A stretch of 62,748 bases of DNA, filler included, from Stramenopiles sp. TOSAG23-3 (taxonomy: Eukaryota): NCBI GenBank assembly GCA_900128585.1. It is 5 parts of 5 records of this genome, joined end to end, with 100 filler letters (N's around TTAATTAATTAA, not from the genome) between each part and the next. Parts side by side here need not be neighbours in the genome. Positions count along the whole stretch, not along the records: positions 19,632 to 39,076 come from LT642400.1; positions 39,177 to 58,597 come from LT642401.1; 3 more parts are not named here. One strand, given 5' to 3'. Positions 35,413 to 46,600 of this stretch are shown piece after piece. Positions within the stretch are counted from its first letter, which is position 1. The number at the start of each line of letters is the position of its first letter. A program made the position numbers and the translations under genes. Below the pieces are notes generated by a model. The model saw nothing but the letters and a program-made list of their open reading frames with translations. It was not told where the DNA came from and made no database searches.

Positions 35413-36636
35413 TCAAAGAAAGCTCAAAACAATCGAGCATCCTTCGCCATGGCATCCCCGGGAAGGTTGGTCTCCTTCGCTTTCCCATAAGACACCAATT
35501 CTCCCATTCGACGTTTCAAAAAGAGAGGAGTACCCAGCTGACGTCCCCTCGTTTGCTAGCAATGTCACGGTATCGGCCCAGTTCACCGATAACCCGTTGG
35601 CTGCCACTTCTCCCAAACGAACACTTGGGTTGATGCGATGTGTCGGTGAATTTGCGTTGGAAAAAGCGATACTCTCGTTTCGCAAAGCAAGGACCGCCCC
35701 TTGGCAGTTTGGGTCCGGGACGGCCTTGTCATACACCATATCGCCCCAGGTTTCACCGCCATCAGTGGAAACAGAGACACCACGGCAAAGGCAGTCGCAC
35801 GGAATGGAAGGACCTGGGTAAGGCCTTCTTCCGTCCGGGCACCGTGAATCCAACACAACGACATTCCCCTTCTTGGGCAAAACAGTCAGGGAAGGTTCGC
35901 CTAAATGTGGAAACATTTTCTTCCCCATTTTTGTATCGAACGGTGAGACATCTTCCCACGTCACCCCACCGTCTTTGCTGCGAAGCACGCTAGCATAAGA
36001 AAACATCTTTGTCCACGAGCGGCTAGCATGGTAAACTGCTATCAACATGTCGCCATTACTTAACGTAGCAACACTATTCCCGGGCCCCGCCACACCTAAA
36101 ACTTCCTGTCCACTGCTATCTTTCACGGACACTGCTTCGCCCCATGTCCTCCCTTCGTCTTTCGAGGCAGAATAAAACATTCGACCTGTAGTGGTTTCGT
36201 CAAAGAACAGCATGACTTGCCCATAATTCTCGTGGTACAGGGCGCTGGGGTTTGCAGAGTATCGGTTCGTAATGTTGATCTGCAGTTCACCCCAGTGATC
36301 CCCACCGTCGACCGAACGACGCAAGCATATCGAACGGTTAAACTGCCCCCCACGAGAGGCGTTTTTAACGTCCCCCACGAAACACTGATCCCCTGCCCAT
36401 TTCCGACACTCAGCAAATGCCAGGATAACGTCTGTGTGGGGGACTGCAAGCGCAGCAGGTATCCTTGTGCAGGGAAAACCAGATGTATTGGATTGAAAAA
36501 CTACCTGCTCCCTACCTTTCACCCTCGTACCAACGATAGACGAAAGAGTCAAACACAAAACTACGATTGCAAAACTATTGTAACAGGCGCACCACGTAGC
36601 CCCACGAAAAGATACGCATTTGATTGGTAAAAACAT
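35413..36636 (-). CDS. Exo-sialidase / GH33 (BNR_2) family, secreted or membrane-anchored
   Basis: RIP motif, four Asp-boxes (SVDGGDHW, SKDEGRTW, SKDGGVTW, STDGGETW), GPG, and the catalytic Tyr motif GYSSL. Confidence 0.9.
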   Translation of the reverse strand: MFLPIKCVSFRGATWCACYNSFAIVVLCLTLSSIVGTRVKGREQVVFQSNTSGFPCTRIPAALAVPHTDVILAFAECRKWAGDQCFVGDVKNASRGGQFNRSICLRRSVDGGDHWGELQINITNRYSANPSALYHENYGQVMLFFDETTTGRMFYSASKDEGRTWGEAVSVKDSSGQEVLGVAGPGNSVATLSNGDMLIAVYHASRSWTKMFSYASVLRSKDGGVTWEDVSPFDTKMGKKMFPHLGEPSLTVLPKKGNVVVLDSRCPDGRRPYPGPSIPCDCLCRGVSVSTDGGETWGDMVYDKAVPDPNCQGAVLALRNESIAFSNANSPTHRINPSVRLGEVAANGLSVNWADTVTLLANEGTSAGYSSLFETSNGRIGVLWESEGDQPSRGCHGEGCSIVLSFL

Positions 36637-37238
36637 AAAGAAGAAAAGAACGAGGAAATTCTATATAAAGAGAATTATGTTGGTGTTGTGTTTTGCGTGA
36701 GTATATTCAAAGGCTTTACAAGAGGACTACTCTCATAGCTTTGTGCCCAAAACCAAAACTCCAAAAGAAGAAGTAAATACTACTGAGCGAAAGAACGAAA
36801 AAAAAAATGGTAATAATATACAAATTGTTTATTTTATGTTCAACTACTACTTGGTATACGAGTACGCATAATAGGAAGGAGGAGACGAGAGAGGAGGAGG
36901 AGGGTCTATCTTCTTAGTACAGGAAATTGAAGTCGTCTACGTACGAGGAGTTGTTGAGAAGAAAAAATTGTGTAATTTAATAGATGCTGTGTACGTAGCT
37001 ATTTCTTAATTATTTTTTTTGGATATTCTTCTTCTTAAATAACAATAACACAGCAAGGGTAGTTTTCAACCAGGTAAAAATTACCGTGTGTTCCCCTGTA
37101 ATATCTTAAACTGTGGTGTGAGTCTAGTCTCTCTAATCTAATTATTAGTAGCTACGAAGGTATTATTTGCTGACTCGATCTGGTGCTCTGCCCCCCTCTT
37201 TTTTTAGTAATATTACGAGGATGCTCGTACTGATTCTT

Positions 37239-39076
37239 TTAGCGCAAGTGCAACATTGCACGGGAGGATTCAAAGGCAACAATAGGATTTTTGTGGTTGG
37301 TCAATCGCACTAGCGGGATCAGTGCCCCCGCTGCCAGTATTTTTGGGCGATTATCAACGATTAAAGCCAAATTTGCAATTGTGCGAGCGGCAGTCATTGT
37401 AATTTCTGCAGAGTCGGTAGCCAACGCACCAACTAGGGCAGGGATCAAACCAATGGTTTGGTTTCCCATATAATACGAGACGTAATCTGGTGGTAGATCG
37501 TACCACAGGTCTTCCATGGAGTAATCAACATGGCTTGAATGGTGCTCGGGAATCTTCGTTCGTTTCAAAAATGATTGTCGCCGCCCTCTTTGCGAACTGG
37601 TTCTGCTCGTCGTTTTTTCGTTCAGCCGTTCCTTCAACGTGGGGTAAAGTCCATGATCGGCATTTGGCCGTATTGCATTGAATGGATGTTTCACGGCAGC
37701 ATTCCCTTTCAGTATAGCTTTCGGTATCAAGTGACCGTACGCACGAAAATCAGAAATCAGCCCAGCTGGGTGGGTCAGAGACACACTGTTTCCCACACAC
37801 GCAATGTCACCTTTGCCGTAAAATTTATCTACGCTGCCGACACAGTAAGTATCTACGTAGAAGAAAATTCGGTCGTTGGTGCCTATAGCAACAAGGTGTC
37901 TCCACCCATGCGGCACCACCTGCATGTCAAAACCACATTCCAACCATTGCTTCGATTTGGCATCGTACGCAGCCAGTCGATGACACACGTACTCGGGCTC
38001 ATCATCCCCCTCCAAAACCGCCCTTTGTTTAGGCGACAATCCGTCCACAGGGCGCCCTTCCTGTTTACTGTCATCGCTTTTGGCCACAACTTTCACTGCT
38101 AGGTACTGGTCGCCGATCGAGGACTCACATATTGTTGCATAGGAGCCGACTTGAACAGAGTTTGGCCCCATTAGCGTCATGAGAGACCCGGTGCTAAACT
38201 GGGACTCTTTCTTGCATATGTAGACCCAAACGCTCATCGTCCATTCTGGCTTGTTGCCAATTTTTGGTTTTGGAAACACTGGGCACTTCGGCAGCGCAAC
38301 AGAAGCATCGGGGTCACCGGCTTCTTCTCGCAGTCTAAGGCAGTCAACACTTGAATCTATTTCCTTTAGTAGCAAGGCATCGCCCTGTCTGAAAACGATC
38401 CCGTAGTCCCATGCTTCGTTTTGCTCCACGTCCATTTGGTGTTGGTTCACAATGGAAGAGCCGTTCTCCGATTCTGGATCATTTATCATGTCTCCGTTTG
38501 CCCCGTCTTCGAAATTGTTGGAGCCGCCTCTTCTCGGACTACCTTTCACTACAACCAAAGAGTTCGCAGAGAAGTCAACGTACATCAAATTGCTATCATC
38601 TGGTGACAGGCGCAGCCAGGACACCATACCATTGGGGCTTCTCGACATGTTCGACAAGGCTCTCGCAGCTTCCCGTTTGGGGGCCAACGTTACCGTTTGC
38701 GACCGCACCATCTCTGCTAGAATTGGCAGAATGTCAAGCCCCCGCCACGTGCTTACGGACAAGCCGCGTTCCACTCGAACGGACTCGAAGAGGGATATTT
38801 CGCAATAATCTTCGGGGTGTTCGACTAGCCGCAACTGGGCCAGCCCATGCCTTGAAATGTTCGAAATGGATGCAGTTGACTTGCTCTGAACATGAATGTC
38901 GGGGGATTGCAACCAACTTGCGTAAAGATCCACCCAGCGGTGTTTGAAGGAGGACAGGTAATCCGGTCTCATAACGCATCCAATTGCCAAGATACATTCG
39001 CGCTGAATCTCTTCGGGAATCATAGCAGCCTTGGCGCGATATTTTGCATGCCATTTTCGAGAATCCTCTGCAAGCT
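37239..39076 (-). CDS. Armadillo-repeat protein with inserted LamG/concanavalin-like domain, 5'-truncated
   Basis: ARM helices (AARALSNM, AARTIANL, GALIPLVRL) flank WTMSVWV...GWRHLV...FYVD...ISDFRAY. The frame is open to the gap. Confidence 0.75.
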
Positions 39077-40453
39077 NNNNNNNNNNNNNNNNNNNNNNNN
39101 NNNNNNNNNNNNNNNNNNNNTTAATTAATTAANNNNNNNNNNNNNNNNNNNNNNNNNNNNNNNNNNNNNNNNNNNNTTGGGGTCATAACTCTCTTACTTA
39201 AGAAACGGTTTACGTATTAGTATCAAATATTATAATTGAAATCTTCACTTGCAGTTTACTTATTTCGGAACTTGGGCTAATACAGACAACTACCATAGAG
39301 ATTTTTTATGCGGTGATAATTGAAGACACGGCGTGGAAGTTTTAAAATAATTGCCAATCCTGAAATCTCAACGACAATATACGCGAAGATGACGAAGATG
39401 GAATATCGATTGCTAAGTAGAAAAGCTCAACTGCAATATTGCTTTACGCTGCAATCCAGACAATCCTTGCTACAGTGAATCGTTGATTCACTGACGTTGA
39501 GAGCAAATGATTGGATGAGAATCGTCAAGATAAAAACGAACTTATTTGACGAATGCATAGCCGATACACTCAATAACAGGAAGTTATTGATTAAGGCAGG
39601 ATTTTATTTCTACCGAGAAAAAGAGTTAGATAAAAACATTTGTTTGTTTAGAAGTTTTGCGAGTATGAATACTCGAACGGATACCCAAAGTGTTGCCAAA
39701 CGAGAACGAAAAGTGTGGTACTTTAGAGATTTAGACCGCTCAATGTGACAATATAATACCTTAATTACAACTACTATATGATTATTCAAAATACTATATC
39801 GATTGCCATTTAAAATAATGACTTGTGATTCTCCACACTATTCACTTGTTATTTAGAATTATTTAATTTTTTCATTGAATTTTTTCTTCATCTCGTCTTC
39901 TTCTTCGCGATTTTAAATAGAGGTAGTAGCATTATATTAATGTTGTGCAATGTAAGTGAGAGCAATGTTGTCTCCTTGTCCAGAAGTCCAGAAGCCAGAA
40001 GACAGAAGAGGACAAATTGATGTTGTTGTATTAAAAATACGAATCCGACGTGGTACCCAAGTGGCGGCGAAGCTGTCAGCGAATGAAAACACCGGACGAT
40101 GAGTGATGAATGCTGTTGAAGTTTTAGCCAATAGAGTATTATGTATTGTTTCGCCAGAGATGTACCGGTACGTTATTGTAGTGTCGAAGTACTATTCTAC
40201 TACCGGCTTGACTCTTCTGCCAGCCCTGACCCGTCTACCACGCCCACCAATTGCATAGCCCCGCATGCACCAAGGGTAAGCCCTCGTTTTTGAGTTACGT
40301 TCTCATATTTGGTACATGGTCGGTCGGTCGACATTTACCTCTCTTGTTTTTCTACTTTCATGAATGTAATTCAATTATTAAATGTTACCTTATGCCGCTG
40401 ATCATACATTACCACGGTATTAGGTGTACTTTTTAGCCTAAGTGGCGGCCAAA

Positions 40454-41608
40454 TTAGAAGGGCGGTGGCGGTGGAAATAAACAGCCTACGGGACGCCGGT
40501 CCTCCTCTGGGGCCTTCTTTGGGTATTGCCCTGTGTATTTCCCTGCCCCCTCTCTGGGTATTTCCCTGGGTACTTCTCTGGGTGCTCCTATGGGCGGCGG
40601 TGGCGGTGTATCTATCGTGTCTCCTTGATAACCAGTATCTCCTTGATAACCGGTGTCTCCTTGATATCCCGTGTCGCCTTGATAACCAGTGTCGCTTTGA
40701 TATCCGGTATCATCCTGATAACCAGTCTCGCCTTGATATCCAGTATCTCCTTGATAACCAGTATCTCCTTGATAACTGGTATCTCCTTGATATCCTGTGT
40801 CGCCTTGATATCCGGTATCACCCTGATACCCAGTGTCGCCTTGATAAACGGTATCTCCTTGATAAACGGTATCTCCTTCAGTGATAGCCCGTATATGACT
40901 TGGGTTAAAATCGTGTTGGGCTTCTTCATATATCTCCTTCAAATATTCTCCGTTCAAATCTTCTCTCCTCTCTCGTTCTGATGGCTGTTGCCGTTCGAGT
41001 TTCGAACGGTAAAATATTCGTATGGCACTGCAGCAATTCTCGTGTTCTTCTTCCATGAATTTCGAACAAGTAAGCGTTCGTGTGGCATCCACAGCCGACG
41101 AAAACAAACCTAGTGACATAAAAAATGCAATCAGCGTATACCATACACTACACCGATCTACACACTGGGGACGAGAATTTGTGCAATGTATACACTTGTA
41201 AACGACCAGAACTTCCAGCACCGTCATGATCCAGCACAACATCATCCATACAAAAACGTGACGCCTCGGAAACTGTTTGAACTGTTCGCCTATACTCTCG
41301 CGTATACAAAAGAGAGGAGGACATATACAACATTGGCATGGTTTGGTAGAGAAATTTCGCGCCGCATTTTCGCCTTCTGTCGCTTCTACAAAACGTCTGC
41401 GGCAAGGCACCCACTTGAGGCCGTATGGATATACCAATATTGAGACAAGGTTAAGCCCAAACAGTGCAATGGAGGAAACCATATGAAACGACGATATACC
41501 ATTCTTTGAAAATCTCCCCATAAAAAAGAGTTGTGCAGCGAAAATTACCAGGAACCACAACGGTAGCCCACTAATTTTCGTTGGTTTCCGTTCCTTTCTG
41601 CGCGGCAT
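40454..41608 (-). CDS. Multi-pass membrane protein with collagen-like (GDTGYQ)14 repeat and Pro-rich tail
   Basis: About 4 hydrophobic segments with Cys-rich loops; 18-nt tandem repeat at about 40618-40879. Confidence 0.7.
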   Translation of the reverse strand: MPRRKERKPTKISGLPLWFLVIFAAQLFFMGRFSKNGISSFHMVSSIALFGLNLVSILVYPYGLKWVPCRRRFVEATEGENAARNFSTKPCQCCICPPLFCIRESIGEQFKQFPRRHVFVWMMLCWIMTVLEVLVVYKCIHCTNSRPQCVDRCSVWYTLIAFFMSLGLFSSAVDATRTLTCSKFMEEEHENCCSAIRIFYRSKLERQQPSERERREDLNGEYLKEIYEEAQHDFNPSHIRAITEGDTVYQGDTVYQGDTGYQGDTGYQGDTGYQGDTSYQGDTGYQGDTGYQGETGYQDDTGYQSDTGYQGDTGYQGDTGYQGDTGYQGDTIDTPPPPPIGAPREVPREIPREGAGKYTGQYPKKAPEEDRRPVGCLFPPPPPF

Positions 41609-42261
41609 ACCTGTCGTCTGGTGGCCTTAAGTTTAGTACCACTCTTTTCAAGTTTTTCTACGCAACGAATTTTTGAACTGCTGCCGAGTTCCTGGGGGAA
41701 AACCTCCGTATGACCGTTTGCATTTACTACCTCCTTACACACTGCATCCTGCATGTTTGCAAATAGTTAAATAGTCATCGTCTAGCGAGCATTCTTCTTC
41801 TTCAACTCGAAAATATTTTTATTATATTATTATTAGAAGACTATTATAATATTAATTAATAATTATTTATTTATTATTTTTTATTTATTGTTCTTCTTCT
41901 TCTTCTCTTCGACTTCTAGGTACTTCGTACCGAAGAAGGTCGAATAGAACTTCCGAGGTAGATATAAGATAGTTAGGATAAAAACTTATTAGTTTAATCT
42001 TAAGTTGCTAACGTGTATTATTTATTACACATTTTGTTGTATTAATTTATTAAAAAATAAATCAAAAATTATAATAATAATGTCATACCAAGGTAGCTAA
42101 AAAATATGCGAAGAGATAAAAATTCATTTCGATGAATCTTTCCAAACGATTCCTAATGTAAAGAAAATTGTGTGCGTGCGTGTCAAGTTGTACACATCCC
42201 AACGAACCCGTTCGGATTATTGTCGTTTCGTTTCGTATCGTAGAATACAGTTCGTGAGAGT

Positions 42262-44076
42262 ATGCCAGTGAAACTTCATACGGAAACCCCGTTGGTTTTC
42301 TCTTCCACGTTGACCGCGACGGCGACGGAGAATGGGGAGACGCCGGTACTTTTGAAGTTGGATAATTTGCAACCAAGTGGTTCGTTTAAGATCCGTGGCA
42401 TCGGTAACTTGGCGCAACGTGCGTTTGAGAGGGGAAAGAAGAGACTCATTTCGAGTTCGGGGGGGAACGCGGGGATGGCAGTGGCGTACGCCGGCTCGCA
42501 GTTGGACATGGAAGTGAAGGTCGTAGTACCAAGCAGCACCCCAGAGTTTGCGAGAAAGAAGATCAAAGCCATGGGGGCACACGTCATTGTGCACGGGAGC
42601 GTTTGGGACGAGGCGGACAAGTACGCCCGGGGCCTGTGCGAGAAGGACAGCGAGGCGCAGTACTGCCACCCGTTCGAGCACGTAGACACGTGGGAAGGCC
42701 ACTCCAGCTTGGTGGGGGAAATAGACGCCCAGTGCAGGGCCCAAGGGTACGACCGGCCCGCGTGCGTTGTCCTTTCTGTGGGCGGCGGCGGGCTGCTGTG
42801 CGGCGTTGCGCAGGGGTTGCACGCGAAGAAGTGGGCGGACGTTCCGATCGTTACGGTAGAGACAGACGGGGCCCACTCGTTCTACGCGTCGCACGAGGCG
42901 CAGAAGTTGGTGACCCTGGACGGCATTACGAGTGTCGCAAAATCGTTGGGGGCGCTGACCGTGAGCGAGCAGTGCTTGACGTGGTCGAAGAAGCACGACA
43001 TACACCCGTTGGTAATCAGCGATAGGCAGTGCGTGAACGCGATGAATTCGTTTGCGAACGACCACCGGATGCTGGTGGAACCGGCGTGCGCGGCAGCCCT
43101 GACGGCGGCGTACGAGGGCCTGATCCCGTCGGAGGTCTTTGGCGAGGGGCGGCGAACGCGGAGGCGCGGGAAACGCCCCATCGTGGTCATTGTCTGCGGC
43201 GGGAACATCGTCGACTTGAAGGCCATCGACGCGTACAACCGGATGGTCGACCAGAAGCAGATCCCGGACAGCGCTGCCCTTCTGAAGAAACGAGGCATGA
43301 TCGAGCGTTTTTACGGCAGCTACGTGGACCCTTTCATCGACCAGGTAGCGTTCAACTGCCCTCCAGGGCCGCCGTTGGTCCCTGCCTGCTACGTGATCAA
43401 CGCCTTCAAAGCGGGCACCTTGCCGATGTGCCTGTACTTGATGCACCATTTTCAAAACTATTCAAAGTCTGCCGTGCTAATCGCCGCGCTGCACGGCAGC
43501 TACGGGGGCTGCTGGTTCTTGAAGCACTACGTCATCCCCGACCATTATTTTATGCAGAAAATCACGTTCGTCTCCGCGTTGATGATGGGCATGGTCCTCT
43601 CGTTCTACTGGGCGTCCGCGTACTTGGTGATCAGCGCCCCGAGCAAAGGGGACTTCATCGGCCCGGTTCGTATGTTCGTCGCGATGATGATGTACATTTT
43701 TGGGGTCGTTCTGATGATGGCGTCCGATACGCAGAAGTATTATGTGCTGAAGTTGGTCCGGGAGAAGAGGCTGGGAAAGATCCTGATCTCGGACGGCTGG
43801 TTCAAGACGTGCCGAAACACCAACTATTTGGGGGAGATACTGCTCTACAGCTCGTTCGCCGTGTGCGCCCAGTCGTGGATCCCGTGGGCCTTCAACGGCG
43901 TCTTTTGGAGCATCATGTTCGTCGCCCGTTGGATGGGGAAAGAGGCATCGTTCCGAAGAAAGGTTGGCGGGGAGGAGTACATGGCGAACAGCTCGCTGAT
44001 CCTCCCCTTTCCCCTCTTTGGAATGTGCACCAGCAGGAAAGAAATGGGCGTGTCGCGCGCGAAGAAGGAGGCATGA
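42262..44076 (+). CDS. Fusion: PLP-dependent L-serine dehydratase/threonine deaminase plus DUF1295/steroid-5-alpha-reductase-like membrane domain
   Basis: KLDNLQPSGSFKIRG, SSGGNAG, SVGGGGL, LVEPACAA and VCGG, followed by HGSYG..W, SDTQKY and GWFKTCRNTNYLGE. One uninterrupted ORF. Confidence 0.88.
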   Translation: MPVKLHTETPLVFSSTLTATATENGETPVLLKLDNLQPSGSFKIRGIGNLAQRAFERGKKRLISSSGGNAGMAVAYAGSQLDMEVKVVVPSSTPEFARKKIKAMGAHVIVHGSVWDEADKYARGLCEKDSEAQYCHPFEHVDTWEGHSSLVGEIDAQCRAQGYDRPACVVLSVGGGGLLCGVAQGLHAKKWADVPIVTVETDGAHSFYASHEAQKLVTLDGITSVAKSLGALTVSEQCLTWSKKHDIHPLVISDRQCVNAMNSFANDHRMLVEPACAAALTAAYEGLIPSEVFGEGRRTRRRGKRPIVVIVCGGNIVDLKAIDAYNRMVDQKQIPDSAALLKKRGMIERFYGSYVDPFIDQVAFNCPPGPPLVPACYVINAFKAGTLPMCLYLMHHFQNYSKSAVLIAALHGSYGGCWFLKHYVIPDHYFMQKITFVSALMMGMVLSFYWASAYLVISAPSKGDFIGPVRMFVAMMMYIFGVVLMMASDTQKYYVLKLVREKRLGKILISDGWFKTCRNTNYLGEILLYSSFAVCAQSWIPWAFNGVFWSIMFVARWMGKEASFRRKVGGEEYMANSSLILPFPLFGMCTSRKEMGVSRAKKEA

Positions 44077-44169
44077 GGGTTTGACGGCATATAAGATATG
44101 ATAAGAAGATATCAACGTATCATATGATATCATATGTTATGTACATAACACTAAAAACTCTCTCTTTCG

Positions 44170-44296
44170 AATTATGGGTATAAAAAAAAACTGATTATAT
44201 AGTATGTTTTAAGACTCTCAAGATTATCTCAATTGTCGACTAATTATGGGTATATATGCACATACATCCTAAAAACAAGAAAATTGGCTGTTATTT
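44170..44296. mobile_element. Repeat module B flanked by a 13-bp direct repeat, followed by inverted module A
   Basis: AATTATGGGTATA at 44170-44182 and 44242-44254. B core at 44203-44236. AAAAACAAGAAAATTGGCTGTTATTT at 44271-44296. Confidence 0.65.
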
Positions 44297-44736
44297 ATCC
44301 TAATTCTTAATCTTAGAAGGGCAAACTCTGTAATGCAATGCGTGCCGCTCGTGGCCCTTTCCTCGGTGCACCCACTGTTTACTGTTCACACCGCCCCCGT
44401 TGGCGCTGCTGCGGGCTTACTGGCAGAAGAGTGTCGTCTGCGCGCGAGGAGGAGGAGGAACGTCAGATAACACCAGCGTATCATACGAGTATCGTTGCAA
44501 GTAAGAAATTAGCATTATTTAGTTGTGCTCTAGACGACGTTTGCTATACAAATACACGGTATAAATATGGTACATACATTATTACACCCCATGAACCAGG
44601 TAACAAAAACTATCGCCACCGCACCTGCAGCCCCGCTTCGCCTCATGCCCCCCACTCTTATGGGGCAGGCAGTGAGTAGTTGCCAGCAGCGAGCACAGCC
44701 AGCCCTCTCAGCCACCGGCTGCCCGCACGTGACGTT

Positions 44737-45174
44737 CTACAAACGGCGACCACGGCGACCGCCCTTTCTGCGGGTGGTGTCGGTTGGGATTGGGGTAACA
44801 TCCTCGATGCGTCCAATGCGCATGCCCGCACGGGCAAGGGCGCGAAGGGCGGCTTGGGCACCTGGGCCTGGGGTCTTGGTGCGGTTACCACCAGTGGCAC
44901 GAAGCTTGATGTGCAAGGCGTTGATCCCGACTTCTTTGCAGCGGACGACAACGTCCTGGGCGGCAAGCATAGCAGCGTATGGCGAGGCTTCGTCACGGTC
45001 AGCTTTGACCTTCATTCCACCGGTAACACGTACGATGGTTTCGCGCCCGGAGACATCAGTAACGTGCACAAAGGTGTCGTTAAAGGATGCAAAGACGTGC
45101 GCAACACCAAATACAAGGGTGCCTTCCGCGACTTGCGGGCCAAGAGTTGATACTTTCGGGTCGGTTTCTGCCAT
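44737..45174 (-). CDS. RPS14: 40S ribosomal protein S14 (uS11), intronless
   Basis: [19 protein letters not shown]...KTPGPGAQ...[11 protein letters not shown]. Confidence 0.98.
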   Translation of the reverse strand: MAETDPKVSTLGPQVAEGTLVFGVAHVFASFNDTFVHVTDVSGRETIVRVTGGMKVKADRDEASPYAAMLAAQDVVVRCKEVGINALHIKLRATGGNRTKTPGPGAQAALRALARAGMRIGRIEDVTPIPTDTTRRKGGRRGRRL

Positions 45175-46319
45175 GGTTTATTGTTTAATATATAACGAGT
45201 ACAAGGGGGATATATAAATCTGCCGTTCCGTCGATAATGATTTAAAAGGGCTAGAGTTGCGACATTACGTGGCCGTGTAAAATACTTTGACCCTTTTCTT
45301 CCGTCACTACCCGCCACATGCCACACATATAATTCTCTACTAAATCAATTTGATTAAAATGGTTGGCTCCTCCTCCTCCTCTTCTTCTTCTTCTTCTTCT
45401 TCTTTTCTTCTTCTTTTCTTCTTTGTGATGAAATACAAATTGAGAAATTAAAAATGTTTACTTGCATTTATAATCCATATTTTATACATGAAATAAAGAG
45501 ATTAGATGATTGTTTATTTCAGTACAATATAATTTTTTAATGTGGCCATTGTTGCTTGCTCTGGTTTGTATTATTTACATAAATAAATAAATATAGTAGA
45601 ATACAATACATTATACTTGAAGTTTTCTTCTTTCTATTTCTAAATACATAAAATGCCTATATAACATAGATGAGATATCCGAAAGAAGAAAGAAGAAAGA
45701 AATGAAGAAATTGAGTGGTTGGCATTTCATCAGCCTAGTTCTTGTATGCTGTGTCAATATTGTAAATAATATTTCCTATTTAATTTTTGCATTAGTATAC
45801 GAATACAGTTCAATATTTTTTATTTACGTGATGTACAATATACTGTGTTAAAATTGCTACAATTGTTACATATGAATAATGAATAAATAGGGCATGGATT
45901 CTAGAAGACTATTTATTAAAATTACTATTTAAATAACTTTGGAAAAGCTCATTTCGAATAATTATTATAAGTATATAAAACAATAGGACTAAAATCCAGA
46001 CTTAAAGTACCGTAATAAAATATCACATCAATACAGATAGGAAGAAAAAGAAAAAGTATATATATGTTTCATACTACAATTGATCTATTCCCGAAGGGAG
46101 AGAGACCCTGTCCTGTTCCTAACCCAAATATTATCACAGACAACAACGTGCTGATCTGATTGTACCGTTTCTATACAAAGGATTACAATAGTAAATATCG
46201 ACCATCGAGTAAAAGAGAGAGAGATATGGTATTACCTATCTAAATATTTATATAAAGTACCTATCTTTCTATTCTAAGTTTACTTCGTATTATTATATTA
46301 TTGTATCTCATCTCGCTCG

Positions 46320-46520
46320 GAGAGAAAGAAAGAAAGAGTCGAAAGAAAGAGTCGAAAGAAAGAAAGAAAGAAAGAGTCGAAAGAAAGAAAGAAAGAAAGA
46401 AGGAAAGAAAGAAAGAAAGAAAGAAAGTATACGAAAGAAAGAAAGTACGAAAGAAAGAAAGAAAGAAAGAAAGAAGGAAAGAAAGAAAGTACGAAAGTAT
46501 ACGAAAGAAAGAAAGTACGA

Positions 46521-46552
<32 letters not shown>

Positions 46553-46600
46553 AGGAAAGGAAGAAAGAAGGAAGGAAAGAAGGAAGGAAGGAAGGAAGAA
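46320..46600. repeat. Degenerate (AAAG)n/(AAGG)n satellite
   Basis: Purine-rich tandem array with interspersed GTAC/GTCG variants. Confidence 0.9.

Noticed and set aside
41545..41754. 69-aa ORF overlapping the start of the GDTGYQ gene as an upstream exon
   Set aside because: It is out of frame, with no convincing branch point or acceptor to join it; it may be a uORF.
44395..44425. GCGGGCTTA as RNase P/MRP CR-V
   Set aside because: No matching CR-I/P4 partner was found upstream.
15297..45174. Apparent cluster of ribosome and RNA-processing genes (RRP5, SLBP, N6AMT1, La, NSA2, RPS14)
   Set aside because: It spans artificial gaps and is interleaved with unrelated genes; such genes are common in compact genomes.
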